Shown here piece after piece: positions 60,183-64,000 of a stretch of 64,000 nt of DNA (positions within the stretch are counted from its first letter, which is position 1; every line of letters begins with the position of its first letter). The position numbers and the translations under genes were made by a program. Below the pieces are notes generated by a model that worked only from the letters and a program-made list of their open reading frames with translations, was not told where the DNA came from and ran no database searches. Source of the DNA: Bigelowiella natans CCMP2755 (taxonomy: Eukaryota; Protista; Cercozoa). The DNA lies in assembly GCA_000320545.1 (NCBI GenBank), contig ADNK01001017.1, positions 38,945 through 102,944 on the forward strand. The letters run 5' to 3'.

Positions 60183-61243
60183 CTAGCGGGTCCATGTCAC
60201 CACTGCTGCGATACGCAGGCCCTTTCTACCTTCGAGACCTATAAATATTAGTCACACTCACTTGCTTCTCCGATACATCTTTAGTGAAAACTTTTTTACC
60301 AATGTTTCGACGTTTTAAGGAAACGGTTCTGATCCCAAACTTTCTTGAATTGGTGATAGCGATTCACTGGATCACACTTTTTTTTGGCGCGCCCTGCTTC
60401 ACTAAGAGGAACTAAAATGGATATATTGCATGTCAATGATATTCTGGGTGATTTTGGAATCTCTTTCAACATTAGACCCAATAGAAACGTAGCATTTTCT
60501 CATAAACCAACCAACCAACCAACTAACAAAAATGTGCTTAATATTGAGGGATGTACCTCGTTTCCAACGAAACTTTGTGTTTAAGTTTGAGCGGCATGGC
60601 GTTCGTGGCGTTCGTGGCGTCCGTGGCGTCCGTGTTAAGCGTGATTGATTTGAAGAATTGTTGTTTGCTCCAGTTTGTTTCTTAGGATTCATGTTCGGTG
60701 GGGTTGACTGCTCCTCTGTAAATCTTGATAACGGGACACGTTGTGGTGGAGAAGATAGAAGTCTCTGTTGAATAGAACAATAGCAATTAGTGGGGCTATT
60801 ACTCAACAGTACCAACTTGCATTCTATTAACTAGTACAGATTACCTTCTTTATAAGAGTTTTTCCCTTCCGGATGGGTACATTCTCCTTGCCAATAAAGT
60901 TTGCTTTTTTCTTTTTCGTTCCCTTGTTTTTGTTTATGGAAGATGTCTGTGCTTCTATTCGTTCATTGTCTTCTTCATCTTCCTCATCAGATTCGGGAGT
61001 GATATCTTCAAGATCATATGGTGTGTAGAGATGAGATGACGGGTCGCTTTTAAAACCTTCCACCCTTTCTCTCTCGTATTTTTGAGAATCTGCCTCGGAT
61101 GTTTCCGATTCATGGTTACCACCAGCAGGGTTCGTCTGTGAGCGTGGGAGTTGAGAAATGTAAGTCTGTAAAATTCTATCAGGAATATGCTGTTTGAAGC
61201 CCATGATTTTAAGCTGCTTCCTCACATCGGCGATGGTAAACAT
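60183..61243 (-). CDS. HYLS1: HYLS1-like centriolar/ciliogenesis protein; last exon uncertain
   Basis: N-terminal FTIADVRKQLKIMGFKQHIPDRILQTY and C-terminal KKKCDPVNRYHQFKKVW resemble the HYLS1 conserved blocks (KxDPVxRY...W), with a disordered middle. Confidence 0.6.
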
Positions 61244-62337
61244 GCTGTGCTATTATCCCCCTACAACGAACGGGTGCCTCTTCTGGATCGTGAATGCTAA
61301 CGGCTTCCCTCCTTGGCAACGATCCGTTACCAACGGTGCAACACCGGTATTCAGATTTCTAGTTGTCAATGGACTGAAAATAGTTTTTGCGACAACATGT
61401 AAAATATTGTCGTCATTTTGTGATTACGATCATACTGGTTAACTGACACCTCTCCACGGAGAGATGTCGTTGTATATGATAGGGATGGATTTTTCCCTTG
61501 TGTAGCATTTTCGATGTACTGCGAAGATTTGTCTGTCGCGATGTCGGAAGGGCAAGAGTTGCACTCAAGGTTGCAAGGCTGTGAGGAAGGACACACAAGC
61601 TTCGCTGCCAACTGGTAAGTTGCGCTCCGCGTTGGGGGTTAGCTTTCATTCTTTGGTACCATATTTGTCTTTCCTTCCCCCACTTTCCTTCATAAATATT
61701 TATTTTCATATTTTCTAAAAAGAAGTAGGAAGCAAAAGAGCCTATCTCTAAAGGCCCGAAATGGAAACTCCAGACCTTGCGGCATTTCGTGCGGAAGGCG
61801 CTGAAGCTGTGACTGAACATTTGGAACAATATTCGCAAATGGTAGCACCGATAAACAATGCGCTGCCATCACGAGCAGCTGGAGGTAACCTATATTTTGA
61901 GAGAGATATTGTTACCAACGAGTGAGTCATGTTTGCTAAATTCAGCTGGGGGAGTCTTATCTATGTTAGAAGCGGATGACGACGATGAAGAGGTTAAGAA
62001 TCGCATAGATAATCTCCCTACTATTCTCATTTTTAAACATATATATCTACTATCTTTGAGCAGCTTAAATTTCCTGGAATTCCTGCGGCGTCTGATGGAT
62101 ACGGAACTGCTTCAGCAACAGCATCATCGGTTTATAACCATCAAGAATACCCAGCGCCAAATAATTTTGCGAGTACATTCCAGAATCATGATGAAAAGGT
62201 CCAAAAGTGATAAATTTTGACAGATCTATAAACAAATTCTAAAATGTCTTTTTGTGTGTGAATTAGTTTTTCAGCTTTAAATATCTCTTCTCATTAGTGA
62301 AGCGCAAGAATTTTCATTGAACAAAAACATCTTTCAG

Positions 62338-64000
62338 GGTCATGTAAAAGTATATACTGGACCTCTCAGTGTTGAAAACTCAGAGTCGCAACATGTTCGG
62401 GGGGAAACATACAGTCATGAAGAAGAATATTCAAGAAGACGACAATCCTCAGCTCCACGTGGTGGCCATAGGCAGCATGAGACATGGGGCCATAGGCATG
62501 AGACATGGTCGAGTAATAATAATAGTAACAGCAACTACTTGGAACGGAAAAATCGTCGTGCCCACTCAAGGTCGCCGATAAGGAGAAGGAGAAAGCGATC
62601 TTCATCCCCGAGACGAAGAGAAAGAGAGAAAAGGAGCAGAACTACTGCCGCATATCCACGTGGAGGAAGCAGGAGAGATAATAGAGCAAACACCATGCGA
62701 AACAAACGGCGCCAATCAAGATCAATATCGCCCTTGCCGGCTCGTAAGATATCTTCCACTGATAGACATTACCATAAAAATACAGCATCTGAAACCAGAA
62801 GGTGGAGAGAAAGGAAGTCGTCGGATAACAACAGCAGCTATAGACGAGATAAAGATCAAAGACTAAGAGGGAGGGACAGAGATGTAAGGGGACTTTATCG
62901 AGAAAACAAGTATAATCAGCTCTCTAGGTCGGAACGACAACCGCAGCGGCAGCAACGACAGCAGCTAAATGATGTCGAGAATAATAGTAGCAGTCATCAT
63001 TTGGATGGTTCACCACCACAGCCACCACACATTTTGGACAGAAACAAAGGAGGAAGGAGGGGTGAGATGATCAACAGAGAGGAGCAACTAAACCCTAAAT
63101 CCAGTCAGGAGTCTACAAAATATCAGAAAAGAAGATCGGAAAGCCGGTACGGAGAACCCAATAGACGTAGAGAAAGTTTTTCTTCCAATAACATGGAGCG
63201 GCGTCGTGTCTTCGATGAAGATTTTGTGGGGAAATCTGGTTCTTCACAGAGAGAAAGCAGTAAAGCAGAGAAACAACAACAACAACTTGTAGATAGCAGG
63301 CCTAGGTTAGCTCTCGATGATGATGATGGACTAGGTGGTGATGATGTTGGAAACAAACGCCATAATGAGCGACGACGTCCAAGAAAGGATTCTGGAAATG
63401 AATCTAGAAGCGTCGGAATCGATGATGATACTCGAAAGGATTATGTTACTTGCAGCAGTAGCAACAAGAAAAACACTGGGGATACGGAGGATAATCTTGG
63501 TACAAGCGACAGCAACATTCAAGTTAGCAGCGGGGAAAGTAGTAAAAGCCATAATTCAGCAAAATGGCAAGAGCGGCAGCAAGAGAAGCAGAAGCAGAAG
63601 CAGCGCAAATATAGAAGAGATACAAAAGGGGGAAACAACAACGAGGGCGACAATGATGCTAGTATCAATCATACTGACCGCAATCCTAAAGACGACGACG
63701 ACAATAACTTCCAACATCGCAGCAGTAGCAGCCGCAGCGGCAGCACAAGGGATGTTAATAATATCCGTGGTAGCTACCAGTCTTATTCTAGAAGGGATCA
63801 TTCACAACAAGAAACCAAAGCCACTCGCGGTAGTAGTACTAGTAACAGTAGCAGAAGAAGAGCCCATGATTCTAATCACAGTACATATCGCTCCTTTGAA
63901 TCTGTTATTGACACAAGGAGGATGGAGGGCACAAGAAGACTTACCGAAGAGAACGACTACTCTTTACGAAGAAGAAGAAGAGACAGAAGGAGAGATGATG
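62338..64000 (+). CDS. Large exon of an Arg/Ser/Asp-rich low-complexity protein (SR-like), runs off the window; upstream exons probably from ~61500-62210
   Basis: Stop-free frame from the acceptor tttcag|ggt (62338) to the window end: HSRSPIRRRRKRSSSPRRRERE...RSISP...RRRRDRRRDD. It is missing from the ORF track because no stop is reached. Confidence 0.7.

Noticed and set aside
60594-60633. 9-bp tandem repeat and other short direct repeats as a possible CRISPR array
   Set aside because: No spacers or cas genes in a eukaryotic context; this one encodes (RTP)n in the HYLS1-like gene.

Overview
Gene-dense, intron-rich, AT-rich eukaryotic nuclear DNA with microsatellite-filled GT-AG introns. A nucleus-encoded CtpA protease with a signal-plus-transit-like presequence, a HYLS1-like centriolar gene and a TTAGGG-type repeat suggest a flagellated alga with a complex plastid (chlorarachniophyte-like; inference only). 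I can assemble about 14 spliced genes: GT2 glycosyltransferase, 3-RRM protein, CLASP/TOG-like protein with two TM segments, ubiquitin-like fusion protein, Kv channel, NMNAT-like, importin beta, CtpA, a hypothetical, histidine phosphatase, a second hypothetical, DENN protein, HYLS1-like and an RS-rich protein. Their strands alternate without exception (- + - + ...). The main signal is a set of islands where TpA is strongly depleted (almost erased in the clearest ones), apparently converted to TpG/CpA (A>G in a TA context on both strands) while CTAG is largely spared. One island lies in each of the six tail-to-tail gaps, plus one near 0.9-1.9 kb, and four of them carry 3' pieces of the same non-LTR retrotransposon. 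This looks like a RIP-like hypermutation system with the opposite chemistry to fungal RIP. Other points: a Kv filter reading GVGYGD, several tandem duplications across splice sites (one with a telomere-repeat insert), and a patchwork of captured neighbouring-gene fragments. Exon boundaries were read by eye and terminal coordinates are approximate.
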